Shown here: positions 1-13,213 of the stretch, in pieces | How positions within the stretch are numbered: the first letter of the stretch is position 1 | Layout: every line of letters begins with the position of its first letter | Assembly (NCBI GenBank): GCA_973895155.1 | Contig: OZ316896.1 | Coordinates: forward strand, 22,091,722 to 22,155,721 | From: Marsupella aquatica | Taxonomy: Eukaryota > Plantae > Marchantiophyta | DNA length: 64,000 nucleotides | Direction: 5' to 3' | Notes under the pieces: model-generated | Seen by the model: the letters and a program-made list of their open reading frames with translations, nothing else | Told to the model about the DNA's origin: nothing | Database searches by the model: none | Made by a program: the position numbers and the translations under genes

Positions 1-564
1 GCCAACCGGGGAACCAGCAAGTACTGTCTGGCACAAGTACCCGTGGGCATGCAAAGGAATGGTTTTCTGTACCTACAATAGGTTCCCCATGTCTGTCCAA
101 TATTCACCAATAAAGTCTAAACACCAATGAAAATATTATGTTGCTATGGAAAATATTGTGTATGGCTTCACCATGTTGTGTCATCATGATAAACTTGAAT
201 CACAAATTATAGCATAGACTAGCTCAATGCCTGTGCATAGTGGCAAACTCTTATCAACAGTAACCAATGTAGAGGACAGGTGCTCTCTAACATAAGTGAG
301 ATGGCCAGGCAATTTGACACTATGCAGAGTCAGCAAACAAATTGGATTTCCAAGGAGACAGTGTGCAAGCTGTTTAGAGAGTCAGGTTTAGCTTGAGAAA
401 AATGCACAATCATGACACTTTGAAGCCCATCAGGAGCACTCGTCACTCGAATGGAAGGGCAAGGGACCCTTCACCCTCCAGATAATCACACATCAAAATG
501 TGGTAATATGCCATATACAACTATTAATTTCAAAATAATAATAAGATTTTTCATGGTATGGAGA

Positions 565-1035
565 GATATAATTTTTATTTTTTATTTTTTATTTTTCCAA
601 AGAGGCCGAAGAGCCAACCACACAAGGGGGCAAAAACCACCCAAGCAAGACAGAGAGGCAACAACGTCAGGGCCAACCGGCCAACAAGAACACACTAGTC
701 AGGCCACTCCAGGTTATCCTTAAGCTCTGGGAGACTACTGCAAGACCTATTGCGATGAACACTCAAGACAAAGATGGTTGAAACGATCAACATTGACAGA
801 GGGAGACTTTGTATCCAAGGCTGGAATTACAGTGAGGATGAGTTCTCCAGGGTGACCAAGTGGCATCAAGTGATGAGGAGAATTGGTTATTACAACCCGA
901 GCAGGACCAGAACTGACAATATGGATATGGAGAACGACAAGGGTAGGACTAGGATGACAATTGTTGATAGTATGAGTAGACAGCAAGACAGCAGTTGGCA
1001 GGATAGACTGAAGGCGAACACTAGGGTTTAGGATT
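565..1035 (-). mobile_element. Probable 5'-truncated LINE 3'-end remnant
   Basis: An A-rich tail on the minus strand (TTTTTATTTTTTATTTTTT on plus) abuts a GGCC/AAC-rich tract resembling the reverse complement of the LINE 3' UTR at 36690-36800. Confidence 0.35.
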
Positions 1036-4000
1036 GGTTTGCTTTGGGGGCCATCATAACATGGATCTTTAGGGATGGAGCCATATAATAAAATGTATAT
1101 ATGATATTTGGATGTGGAGTTATGGAGACCCCAAAAATAACTCTTTCAATCACAGATCATGAGAGAAGAAAAGTGAGATACACATTGTGGCCTCTAGATA
1201 GATGACTTGAAAACGATAATATAATTTTATAACGAATGTGGTCGGCAATGCCGTACTGTACTGAGCTATGGACATACCTACTACGAAGCCATATCTGGGA
1301 GAAGGGAATCTTACGTACCACATGTGAATATGCAATGCACGTATCCACTCGTCATTCATAATGGGCAGGAGTTACGGAGGACCTACTCAAATTATATTCT
1401 CAGTTTTTTTCTCTCTCATAATTAAGTCCAATCGACGTTCAATAATACGAAAGGCTTAAGCAGTTGAGCAGGATGGCAATTTGCATGAGCATGGAATCTT
1501 TAATTTTCCAACATGAACGTCCTCGAGTCTGATTTGCCAAAACAGTTATACCAGACCAGACCTCACCTCAGACCTCAGCATGTGCGGATGGAAGATCTGA
1601 ATCGTGGTGTCTTGAAGATGTCCTGATTTTGAAATCGAACAAGTGTTTACGTACAAATTTCATAAAGAGGAGATTGAATTCTGCAGAAGAGAGAGTAGAC
1701 ACCTTAGTGTTGCGTAAAGGACACGATAAAAGATTTCAAGGATGCGATTCACCCAACAAGAATATCTAAGTCACGGCTCACCAGGAGACAATCATGGGGA
1801 GGACAGCCACTCACCTGTTGAGGCCGTTCACGCTCTGGATGTTGAGTACGGTACAATTGTTGACCAGTCGATTCCTTTTCCACAACTGCCACCCTTCAGT
1901 ACTGGCAATCTTCAGTACCGTATTGTCGACCATGGGCGTTTGTGTTTAGGCTCACTGGTGATCGAGCTGAATATTAAGATCTCACAGTAGCAACTAAAGG
2001 CAAAAATCTGGCATAGATTAAGACTCAATTCAATATAGAATTATGGCAGAGCTCTCAAAGAGCGAATAGTGGGCTGCCTGATCTCGTCTCGGGTTTGCTG
2101 ACGAAGATGGCGCATGGCAGGAGACTGCAGACCAGTTTTCTGTCATGATCTCCATATGAAGGTCTACCTCCACTCTGGACCCATGGATGGAGCGAAACAA
2201 GGCTAATAAGTAGTTCGCCAGGACAGATGGTTGTGGTCAGAGCAAACCTCTCAAAGGCTCTCAATGTGTACTCACTCCATCAAGCACACAAATCCGTGAC
2301 AGCTTGTGGCAGGCCTGTCTCTCCCGATTGCAAACTACAGAATGTCACTGAACAGGCCTCTTCCTTTACGATAGGAACAGCACAAATAACAGGAATCGAT
2401 TGAATTGGTGTGACAGAAGAATTCGCAAGGAATTAACGCCCTAGCAGTCTTAATTTTACCAGGGTACTGACTCTGGGAGACAGTACTCCTCCCCAAATTC
2501 CTGAGAAAGCACATCGCCGGATCGTGCATCGCTTCGTCTAGCTATCGCCAAGGCAACCGATTCTGCACTCTCACTTTAAGGAATATCTCTAGGCTGAACT
2601 CCAGTTTGCTCGGTTTTTCTTTTGACTTTACAATGATGACGGTTCAACCAAAGAAGGGCAAAAACCCTGCATTTCAAATCTGGATCGTCCCCAAAAAAAA
2701 CAGGTGAGGAACGATCGACTCTGAATAAATTGTATTAATAACAGACTCCTATGTAGATGACTAACCAATTCAATAAAGCAGGTTTCACTTTCGTTGTCGG
2801 AACAACTCCGTGATAAGCTATTCGTTAGTTGCTCCGAATTGATAGCTTGCTGTGACAGCGAAATCGCGACATTGTGCCAACCTTCGCTCCTGGATTTGTC
2901 GGAAGCCATTGTTGGCGGATCGGCGGTGTGAACACTTTGATGGACTGTACATCATTTGGCCTCCATTAAGCTTTGATGGAACCTCCAGGCTAGGGCCAGG
3001 AGAAAACCCAAAGAGTCTAAAGGTTGTACACGCACACGTCTGTTGGGCACGTTTGGAGGTCAGACAATTCAACATGACTAAAATTGGTGAACTCGATCAC
3101 GAGCAGATTGGCGTATTTTGCCACGGAATTATTGCAGTGGATAGGAATTACATCAAAAGCTAAACCAATTTAATTGCTGTGAATGGCAAGTAAGAGTATT
3201 TGATACGGTGTTCGTAGTATTACTACAATGTGAAATGCATCGCCACGTCAATTTCTTTTATTCGGATTGAACAAAGGAATACTCAGTATGAGCTCACCCG
3301 ACTCGAGTGCGGATTCGAAAAGAAGCCCGGAAATTCAAAGACATCTTCCTTTAGCAACGGGCAGGACTTTTGAACGCACGGAGGGAGGCCAATAGGATAT
3401 CCATGTCATTAGTACCTTCGACTTCTCTCAAATGGAAAACCTCCCTAGTTGTGCCCAGGACATGAATGGAGATAAGGTCAGACAGCGGGCGAAATGGATC
3501 ATCGCTAGGTCTTGCAAAGTGACACAGGTGGGCAGAGAATATCTCGAATTGGCAATTGTTGCTGGACCTCTGGTGCAGAGTATCGTCGGCAGAGGATAGC
3601 AGAATTGGTCTCTATGTGAAGATGGGGCGTTCATCTCCTCCAGTTCTACAATTCTCCAATATCCCGTACGTGACACTGGTGATTGTTGCATTCCTTTCGA
3701 GCTTTGTGTGAGAGATGGCGTTTTGAATCACTACAATGGGAAATTCGACACGAGAGTCGATTAGGAGATTGCGTCCCATTGTGTTCTACATCGTGTTGTG
3801 GGTCTAGAAAGATCACATCTTGTGTCCGTATCCCTCGCAAAGATACATCTGCCATCCCACCAAACTTGAAGTTCCCCAATCGAAATTGAAGCGAAGGGAT
3901 GGGAGATCCCGTACCGCAAGAGTACTGCTACAAATGGCTTGACCTTAATAGCATCCATTCACTCAATCATGACGTTCCGCCCCGGATCTTTGCAACCAAG

Positions 4001-4408
4001 AACGAAACATACCGTCAAGAATTCCGAGGTTTGAAGGTCCAGGTTTTGGGGATTGGACAGCGCTGCCATGGTGATATGCACATATTGATGCACCTTGAAT
4101 CACTTACAGAGGAAACCAAATTCTAAATCTGGTGGCTTGATCTGCTCTCTTTGCATTATGGATTCGTCCCTTTTGTATATTCCTGCTACTTAAAGATTTT
4201 ATTTCTTTTGTTGAGGGAATGCTCTGCTTTGAAGATATACCTTTGGAGCAAAAGCATTTGACGGGCAAAGATAAGCAGCTCTTGGTTCATTCATCCGATT
4301 CGGGTTCGATGGATCAGAGGAGTCTTTTCCTTGGAACTCGGAGGACATGTCATTTAAGAAGGCAGCATAAGGAGTCGGAGCAATAACCAAAAACCTAGAT
4401 TTTCGTTT

Positions 4409-7406
4409 ATGGCGGGAAGCTGCACTAAGCGGACAGACTGCATGGACGCGAAGCCAACAGGAGGAGGAGCACCTGCAAGCGGAGTGAAGGTATTCACTGT
4501 TTTCGTACTGTCAGGGAGTTTGTTCTTGCTAATTTACAACATTGGCCGAAAACGGATGAACGCAAAGAGCTCTCATTCTGCGAGGGAACCAACTGCACCT
4601 GTGATCTCTAATCCTTGTACCCTAAGCGGGTACTTCAGTCACCACAAAGACAAATCGTCAGCTCGCCATCGCAGGCCTTCTTTGACAGCCGCTATCGATG
4701 AATCTCCGTCCACCAGAAGTGTTGAGGGAGAAGCCAGCGCAAGTGACCGCACCGATCATGCTGCTCCTGATGCTCTTCCGTCTGATGACTCAAGAGGATT
4801 TGCAACGAACTCCGCATCTGCTACTCCTCGGAGTTCTTATTCTCGAACTTATGATGTTGATAACGGGCCTTATATGGTCACTCGCAGTTACAGTCTGGCA
4901 TCCCAGCCATCATGTAGCAACCCAGAACCAAGTACCCCAAGAACTGGGCATGAAGGGCAAATGATTGAACACATGGGGCGCACCAGTCGGTTCAATGAAT
5001 CTCGGGGACCGGTTGATTTGGACACCCAACCGAGGAGATCTAGCAGCAGCGTGCTTGGGGACTTGTCCCAACTTGAGGCATCGTCATGGAGCGTGAGGGA
5101 CTTACAGAACACTCCGGACAGGCCTAGTACTTCTGTTAAGGAAGGTAATACTAAATTGCTGCCCTGTCCCTAGTTTCTCGTCTTCTCTCTGAATATTTGG
5201 TCCATTTACTTCCATAATCACACCGAGCAGCAATATAAAGTAGAAGCTTCGACAAGATTGGCCCCATTGCATTCTGTTTTTGGAAAATGCCTGAATGCCA
5301 AGAATGCCCTGTAATAGCAGGGTCTACTAAATCCGACCATCGGAATTCTTCCAGTTTAGGCTTTGCTCTTTTCGGTCACTCAAATGTTGTCATGCCAAGA
5401 GATGTGCCTGATTGTCATTTACTAAACGTTTGTAATCCTGTGAGAGAAATTTCTAACCATCTCTTACATGTTATGGGAGATGTTTCAGATTATCCTAAAT
5501 TGTTTCCAGTGCTGTAAGATAAGCGTCTGAGATCTTGATGAAAACTGAAGTAGTCGTTGTGCAGACATGCTGTGTGTGATGAGCACCAATTTTATTACCT
5601 AGATATATTTGGTAGAGTTGCTAAGCGTTCCTCCTTCATTCTCTCTACCGCCAATGATGGGAACATCTTTCACGTGGTTATATGAAGTCCTAACCACGTC
5701 CTTTGAGATTCTCCATGGAAACCCAGCGTGGGAATTGAGTCGATCCTGTGACGATTTGTAATTGTGTTCAGACGTTAAAATTGACGATCAAAGATCATCT
5801 CCGGTACAACGTGGTTCAACTACGCCGCGGGGACAATTTTTTAAGCCGATAATTTATATAGTTATCTGGTCTGCTCTCAGTTACTCTTGTCATGTGTACG
5901 TTCCGCCTTCTCCCCTTTGATGCCTTCTGCTCTTCACGACATTGTCAGTTTCTCCGCTTCTGGTCCTATTATGGTAAATGTGTAGTTTTGGTTGGATAGG
6001 TTTAAAATTGTGAAGTTAGAGACTCTAGATATGCATGCTCAACCAGAAGTGTTCCAACATTTTTGCAAATACGTGGCAGATTCACAGAGCCTTGATGGTG
6101 CAGGTATAGTTCAACAGGGTGGGGAGCAAAGATGACTAAGTTTCCGGCACCTTTCTTGAAAACCACTGTCCTGTTTCTCATGCAAGCTTTAATGTCCTCC
6201 TGTATGCTAAGATGGCCGAGGAACCAAGTTTTTGTCATGCCGTGGAACACATACACCCTCGTTGGTATTAGCTCCTTCACTCTTGGCTCCTTTCATCACT
6301 TAACAAATAAGGTTCTCGCAAACATGTGGCAGGTTTTTGACGTGTACTATGATACAGTGGATAATTGTCTGTGTCATGTGCATTAAACAGAATCAGCGTA
6401 CTTTAACGATTTCCATTTTTCGCACATTGCAGTGGCTCCGATTGCAACTGCAGCAGCATTGGATCAGGACCTACAATATGGATCTGTTTACATGGTCACC
6501 TTGGGACTGCCAATGTTGAACAAGCCTACAGGGTTTCTAGATCATTTGTACATGATGGGCTCATCCTTCAAGGAGGCCACTCTTGATACCGTCTGGGATG
6601 CCAGGATGCAGGTTTCAGTTACTCTCTGGACCACTCTACTTATCCGATAAGAGGAGAACAACTCTGTTTCCCCTGGGGCTTGGAGATTCGTGGTCATGAA
6701 TTGATATGGTGGATTTTCTTTAAAGTTTGAAATGCTTAGTTCGAGTGACTTTTGTTTTCATGTACTTATGGTACATACTTGTGCTTCATGGCAGTCTAAA
6801 GGATATCTGCCTCTTTGCGTCTTCCTATTCGCCCTTGCTTTCCGGTAAGCCGATCTTAAAGTCTTTTCTTCTTAATCCCAGCTTCTTCTCATGACAAAAC
6901 TCCAAGTTGATGCTAAAGATATGTTATCCTTTAAGAGCACTTCTGATTATCCTAAAGGGACACCGATGCGTGAAATTAATGAAGAGATCTCCATTTGAAG
7001 GAAGTCTTCTGTTCGAACGTATCGTCCCCATGGTTAATAAAGTGACGATTAAATTGAGGTTCTGGTGCGCAGATTGGAAAGCAGAAGTATAGCTATTGCA
7101 GTGAGTGTTGCCGTGATTGCTGTGGGCTTCATACTAGGAGGTAAGTTTAATATAAACAACGTAATTTAGCTGTTGTTTGAACTTGATAGGTGCAAAATGA
7201 TTGTCATTAGCGACGGGGTGATTAGAGTTTGCACTGCGACATTGGGGCATATGCTTGATTTGCTAATACCATCAGACTTACCCTCTACCATTGGTAGTCA
7301 TGCAGTATCGAATGGAACCAAATGGGCGGTTATGAGTTTGGAGGAGAGTTCATTTGCTCCGTTGCTGTCTGGATTCAGATGGGCTGCCATCCAAGTCCTT
7401 CTTCAG
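4409..7406 (+). pseudogene. Divergent SLC35C2-like sugar-phosphate/nucleotide-sugar transporter (TPT family, At1g06470-like); spliced, apparently 3'-truncated, possibly a pseudogene
   Basis: A long Ser-rich first exon (donor at 5144) is followed by GT-AG exons encoding KPIIYIVIWSALS, KFPAPFLKTTVLFLMQA, VAPIATAAALDQDL, SKGYLPLCVFLFALAFR, LESRSIAIAVSVAVIAVGFILG and FAPLLSGFRWAAIQVLLQ. These are colinear with the family motifs KFPAP / VVPTA..TALDI / CKS..PIF.L.FAF.FRLE / SGFRW..TQ.LLQ. I found no further exons after the donor at 7406. The start codon is uncertain. Confidence 0.65.
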
Positions 7407-10330
7407 GTACAATTACGACTGATTGGCTTGGTGTCTGAGGGGTCCATCATTAGTTAAGAAAACCTAGCATAAGTTTTTGTCAATACGGAATTGATGTCTC
7501 CAGCAATGAGCCTTAGGAGATGATGAAGGAATCACTGCTGCAAGAAAATTGTGAGAGCATATTCTTTCTGAATGGAACGTCGATTCCTTGCAAAAATAGT
7601 AACGCGGATATGGTGATTGGGAAAGGACAAGTTGGACATGGAGGTTGCTTTACGTACAAAACCAGGGATTCTCGTGTGTACAATGATTAGTTTGATATTG
7701 CACAAGACGCCACCGCTTAAGAACTTAAATCGTGTTCTGAACTGTGATTTTATGTGCATGATGTGGGTGGCGCCAACTATCAGAAGAGAGAGTTAGGTAT
7801 GCTTCTGCTCTCCCAGTCTCACATATGTGGTGAACTACGTCGTTGTCCATCGTTCTTAACCTGGGGAGGAAAGGCTGTCCTTGCATTTCGGGGATCAAAT
7901 ACCTCGATGGGAGAGTTAGTTTTGAACCTAAATTTCAAAATGCCACACGCCAGTTCATCTGGGTTCCTTCTCGTTCAGCTCAGCGAAAAACATCAGGATA
8001 TTAGTTGTCCTACCTGCCAGCAGGAACCACTCACGGAAGTTCTCAAGGTAGGTGTTGTTCCTGCAGGTTTAGTAACTCCAGTTGTAACTATGAGGGCACT
8101 GTCCCCTTCCATGGCCATGGTAGCAGCACTTCTGTCAGTTTCTACTGAGCCTTTGAGTAGCCTCTTCACAACGGAGGAGTACTTCGACAATCCTGAGCAA
8201 GCCCTGATGAGTTGCGCTCATATTATCATTGGAGCATTGCTTGGAACAGCAATGGTATTACCACCCTCCCCTTCAATGCCTTCCATCTCTGCTTTCGTCC
8301 TGATGTTTCAACGCAGCAGATTGGGATTCTTTGAACTCCTTGGCCAATACTGACTTTTTGAACTTCTCCCTCTGTGGCGAGTGTGATAATATGGCAGGCT
8401 TTGACGGAACTTGTGGTGGTTTACCACACAAGTGCGCTGACGTTGATTACTTTGGGCATGTTAAAATATTTTTGTTTGGTGGTGAGCTCCCAAATCGCCA
8501 ACACACTGTAAACGAATCTTTTTGAAACTTTTCCTTTTGGCTTCACGTCTCCTAAGAAATATTTAAACATTTAGAGAATCTTCTCAATCCAGTTCCACTG
8601 GTAGATGATCACCGCCGAAAAACATGATCACTAACATGTAACATCATTTCCATGGCTTTCAGGTCCCCAGAATGATTCACAACAGTCAGTTTTCGGAGCA
8701 GAATGTTTTTGGAATCGTTGTTTTTTTTATTGGACTCCTCAGTCTCATCTGGTTGAAGTATGTACCTTCTCCTTACTTCCTCTATTTCTCTGTATCGAAG
8801 CTGTGAATGGGCAAGCGAAAGATCATGCATGAGCCAAACTCTCCAATGTTTTTTCTGGAGGCAAATCAATGGCTAGATTCAATATTAAAATCGATGATTC
8901 TAATTTCCCAGCTGTAATTTCGTAGCCCTTCTCTTGGGACAGTTGAGAAAGATAAGTCTTCTTTTGGCTTTCTGGTTCACGAACCTGAACGCCTCTGTGA
9001 GACCAGCATTCTGGTCTGTTAGCTGTCAGTGAAGGTAGGATATAGCACCGAGTTGCTTTAGTGTTTCTCCATTCTATCTGCATTTTTTCCGTGTGAAGTT
9101 GTGGAGAGAGGGAGATAATAATTATATGTGGATGTGCAGATACCAGAAGCTAATGAGAAATAAACAGCATGAAGGACCCTCACAGGAGACCCAGTCAGTA
9201 GCTTTCGGAACTTCTGTGGATAGATGGCCTAGGATTAGGGCCACTGGTTTTACCATTTTTGCCTCTCCAGCTCAACGCGTCAAAGAGTATCTTGGACGAG
9301 CTCAGGGTGTAGGCGCGAGAGCATCAAGAAAGCTCCGTGCGTTATGGGAGCTGGCGTCTTGATAGTGGTAGCCAAACCTTATCTTTTTGTTCCGGATACC
9401 AGTCGGCAGATGGCGTTGGCGGTTAGGATGAAGTTGTAACTCTCATTCTTCTAGTAGAGCTCTGTCATTTTAGGGTATCATACCCTAGAACCGGAACTAG
9501 TAGCAAACTCCAAATTTGGTGACTGTAATACAGCATGTCAGCCCTGCGAGGCAGGTGGTTTGTTTCTCAATTTGAGAGGAAACAACCATGGTGCAAATGC
9601 AGTGTGAGAGTGAGGCACTCATGGAGGGTCCAAACAAATCACTTGTCAGATTGGCACTCCATTGGCTTGCTCAGTGCTTCCATCCTGGGCTGGTATGGAC
9701 CAGGAACTTTCGAGGAATTTATACGTCAATTGGACATAGCAGGCTGTTCTGAGCAATGATACATTCTCACGATAATTCGCAAGGATCCCTGTATAATCAC
9801 GCGAGATTATGGACCATGAAAGTGGTAGTCTTGGTCTCTTGGTACCCCTTTTTCCTGTAAAATAGTTTTAATAGACTTCCTTGGACTGATGTGTTATCTT
9901 TCAAATGAGTAAAGAAACTATGATCCTAGACTCTTGCTCTGTGAGGCTCCCAATCTCTGATGCCTGGTCGATTATTTCGACCGGGAAATCGACAACTGAA
10001 ACTGAAAAGCAATACATTATCTTTCAGGTCCACAGTCCTTCGGTACATGGGACCGAGATTACAATGCCGCAGGAGGACAGAAAATGTAGGATTGTAACTC
10101 AAGAATTGGACATTCTACATGAAATATTGGGCAGGAATGAGAGGAAGGAAAAGATACACTTGTAATGATTCAACAAGACTATTCCAGAACCTGACCAGGA
10201 GATTTGGAAAAAACTTTATTCTACAGAGAGCAAGCTTAATATCCGTTGACCTGAATGACAATTGTGCAGGATCCACTCAAAAAACTCACGAAAATAAAGC
10301 AAAATGTGGCCAATATCATCACCCGAGGAA

Positions 10331-13213
10331 TCAAGGCACTTGATATGCGTCGATGCCCCAAATGTCCTTTGCATACTCATGGATGGTTCGATCACTGCTA
10401 AACTTGAAAGACCCAGCTGTGTTGAGGATTGACATCCTTATCCACCTCTCCTGGTTCCTATAAGCTTCGTCCACCTGTTCTTGAGCCTTGATGTATGAAG
10501 GAAAGTCCTTCCCCACCAAAAAATAGTCCCCGCGTCCATACCCTTCATTCCCCTCGAGAGAATCTAATAAGGGTGAATAGTCATAGCTTCCAAACACTCC
10601 ACTCTTGATTACCTTCTTGGCAGCCTCAAACTCTGGATCCGGCACAAATTTGCCAGCTGCCCTGTCTTGCCTTAAACCAGCGATCTCATCAGCACGGGCA
10701 CCAAATAGGAAGAAGTTCTCTTCACCAACTTCCTCTCTAATTTCAACATTGGCACCATCTAGTGTTCCAATGATCACACAACCATTCATTGAGAACTTCA
10801 TGTTGCTTGTTCCACTGGCTTCCATTCCCGCGGTACTGATATGCTGAGAGAGTTCACTTGCAGGAATGAGCACCTCGGCAACACTTACATTGTAATCCGG
10901 CACAAATATCACCTTCAGCAGGTCTCCAATCTCTGGGTCATTATTGACTGTTGCAGACACATCTGTAATGAGTTTGACAATTCGCTTTGCTTGCCAGTAG
11001 GTGGCAAATGCCTTACCTCCAAACATAACCACACGTGGCACATACTTGGCTTTCCGCTCCTTCGGTGACATGTCTTTCATCTCTTTATATCGATGAATCA
11101 CCCCCAAAATGTTCAGCAGCTGGCGCTTGTATTCGTGAATACGTTTGACCTGAATGTCAAACAGGGCATCTGGACTAATAGTGTATCCAGTCTTCTCTTT
11201 GATGTAGGCTGCAAGCTTTGTTTTGCGAGCCTTCTTGGCCTCATTCCAATCTCTATGCAGATCCTTGTTATCAGCGTACTTCCGCAACCCAGCTAACTGA
11301 TCGGTGTCCAGAACCCACTCATCCGAACCCAGCCATTTTGTGATCACGGAACTAAGCTCCGGATTGCAAAAGCTTAGCCATCTCCTGGGTGTCACACCAT
11401 TTGTCTTGTTCTGAAATTTTTCAGGCCACAGCTTGTAGAAATCGTTGAAAACTTCGTCCTTCACAATCTCGCTGTGGATGGCAGCAACCCCATTGACTTT
11501 GTGACCAGCAATAACACACAAGTTTGCCATACGCACAATTGAAGGCTTCTTCGGTTCTGTCTTCTCAACCTTGACGTCATCTACCTCTTCCTCAACAAAC
11601 TCCTCTTCTTCCTTCGCCGCATCTAGCTCCTCTTCCTTTTCCTCCTCTACTGCCTCCGTTGCTACAGGTGTCGGTTCCGGAGCTGGGAACAGGGCTGCCA
11701 AATCCTCTGGAATCTCAACGTTCTCCAAAATTCTCATGCTCTTCATCTTCTCCACCACCTGTGCCTTCTCAAAAATATCGCTTTTGGCAAGAAGCTCCAG
11801 AAATTGCAGATCAATTTTCTCAATAATCTCAGTATGGCGAGGGAGAAGTTTCTGGAAAATATCCAAAGCCCACTTTTCCAACGCTTCTGGAAGAACTGTA
11901 TGATTCGTGTAAGCTGCAGTCGCTTGGGTAATCTTCCAGGCCTGCTCCCAAGGAAGACCCTCTATATCAACCAAAATGCGCAATAATTCAGGCACCGAAA
12001 GGGTCGGATGTGTGTCATTCATTTGAATTGCTACTTTGGATGGAAACATATCCCAATTAACAGTACTGCCGGACCGCTCTTTGAACCGGGCAATAATGTC
12101 CTGGAGGGAAGCAGAGCACAAGGTGTATTGTTGCTTGAGGCGTAGAATCTTCCCTTCTTCACTTTCATCACCGGGATACAACACCAAACAGATCTTCTCA
12201 GCATTGTGTTGAGCAATGGCGGCTTTCTCATGGTCTCCATGATTGAACGATACCAAATCAAACTCCTCTGCTGATACTCTCGTGGACCACAGCCGCAAGC
12301 TGATAGCATTCTTCGTTTTGTATCCTGGAATAGGGACATCATATGCAAAAGCGTTCACATTCTCCCCACCGACCCATTCCTTCTTTCCACCGGCTCCCTC
12401 AATGACCTTGCCGCCAAACTTGATTGGGTAGAAAATGTCATTCCTTACAATCTCCCATGGATTGCCCATCTCCAACCATTTCTCAGCCACCTCTTCTTGA
12501 CCATCCTTGGTGATCTTCTGATGGAACAGCCCATACTTGTACCGGAGCCCATAACCCCACGCTGGGTAATTCAGTGTTGCCAGCGAATCGAGGAAACAGG
12601 AAGCCAGTCTTCCCAGGCCTCCATTTCCAAGAGCTGCATCCGGCTCCTGCTCGGCCACATCCTCAAGCTCATACCCAAAACTCTTAAGAGCCTCGGCATA
12701 AGAGTCCCTCAGCTCCAAATTCCCAATGGCATTCAGAAGAGCTCTGCCCTGGAGAAATTCCATAGAAAGATAGTGGATATGCTTGGGATTTGCCTTGTGC
12801 AGGTGCTCGTAAGTTTCGTTCCATCTTTTGATCAAGTTCCCACGAACACTTGCTGCAGTGGATGCGTACACTTCTGGCAGCTCAAACTTCAGAGGGGAGA
12901 AAGTGGGAGTGAGTTCCGCATGATACTTGATGTTCGAAGCAATGGCAGCTGCATCTCCAGTAGCAGGATCGATGACAACAGGCTTTGGCTCGCTAGCAAC
13001 ACACCTGATTGAAGAAGATGCTGGAGAGCCTTGAACGAACCGAGTAGAGCCACTCCGTCTGAGCAGTGCAAGATGGGTGCCCAACGCAGTGCTCCTCCTG
13101 AATGAAAACCTTTTAGCTGGGCTCTTTCTTGTGGACTGTGGCTCCCTCCAGCCCAGGATTACACAACCAGTTGGACACGTTCCAACAGCAGCAGCTGCCA
13201 CAACTGACTCCAT
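10331..13213 (-). CDS. PHO1: Plastidial (L-type) alpha-1,4-glucan phosphorylase, single exon, 960 aa
   Basis: Motifs YLSMEFLQGRAL, GNGGLGRLASCFLDS, QMNDTHP, YTNHT, KTNGVTPRRW, QVKRIHEYKRQLLN and the PLP site EASGTSNMK. Ser/Arg-rich N-terminal transit-peptide-like extension and an acidic central insertion (EEEKEEELD...) typical of plastid isoforms. Confidence 0.95.
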   Translation of the reverse strand: MESVVAAAAVGTCPTGCVILGWREPQSTRKSPAKRFSFRRSTALGTHLALLRRSGSTRFVQGSPASSSIRCVASEPKPVVIDPATGDAAAIASNIKYHAELTPTFSPLKFELPEVYASTAASVRGNLIKRWNETYEHLHKANPKHIHYLSMEFLQGRALLNAIGNLELRDSYAEALKSFGYELEDVAEQEPDAALGNGGLGRLASCFLDSLATLNYPAWGYGLRYKYGLFHQKITKDGQEEVAEKWLEMGNPWEIVRNDIFYPIKFGGKVIEGAGGKKEWVGGENVNAFAYDVPIPGYKTKNAISLRLWSTRVSAEEFDLVSFNHGDHEKAAIAQHNAEKICLVLYPGDESEEGKILRLKQQYTLCSASLQDIIARFKERSGSTVNWDMFPSKVAIQMNDTHPTLSVPELLRILVDIEGLPWEQAWKITQATAAYTNHTVLPEALEKWALDIFQKLLPRHTEIIEKIDLQFLELLAKSDIFEKAQVVEKMKSMRILENVEIPEDLAALFPAPEPTPVATEAVEEEKEEELDAAKEEEEFVEEEVDDVKVEKTEPKKPSIVRMANLCVIAGHKVNGVAAIHSEIVKDEVFNDFYKLWPEKFQNKTNGVTPRRWLSFCNPELSSVITKWLGSDEWVLDTDQLAGLRKYADNKDLHRDWNEAKKARKTKLAAYIKEKTGYTISPDALFDIQVKRIHEYKRQLLNILGVIHRYKEMKDMSPKERKAKYVPRVVMFGGKAFATYWQAKRIVKLITDVSATVNNDPEIGDLLKVIFVPDYNVSVAEVLIPASELSQHISTAGMEASGTSNMKFSMNGCVIIGTLDGANVEIREEVGEENFFLFGARADEIAGLRQDRAAGKFVPDPEFEAAKKVIKSGVFGSYDYSPLLDSLEGNEGYGRGDYFLVGKDFPSYIKAQEQVDEAYRNQERWIRMSILNTAGSFKFSSDRTIHEYAKDIWGIDAYQVP

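Noticed and set aside
1150-4300. Short ORFs and a possible decayed LINE (minus-strand WQLWKRN-like fragment near 1880)
   Set aside because: Only isolated weak motifs; no coherent domain could be reconstructed.
7500-9760. 199-aa ORF 7754-8353 and fragmented minus-strand frames
   Set aside because: No recognisable family and multiple stops. Possibly a decayed gene, but I cannot support a call.
10605-13012. Antisense ORFs over PHO1 (likewise over the LINE, copia and GTPase genes)
   Set aside because: Shadow frames of real coding sequence with no independent motifs.
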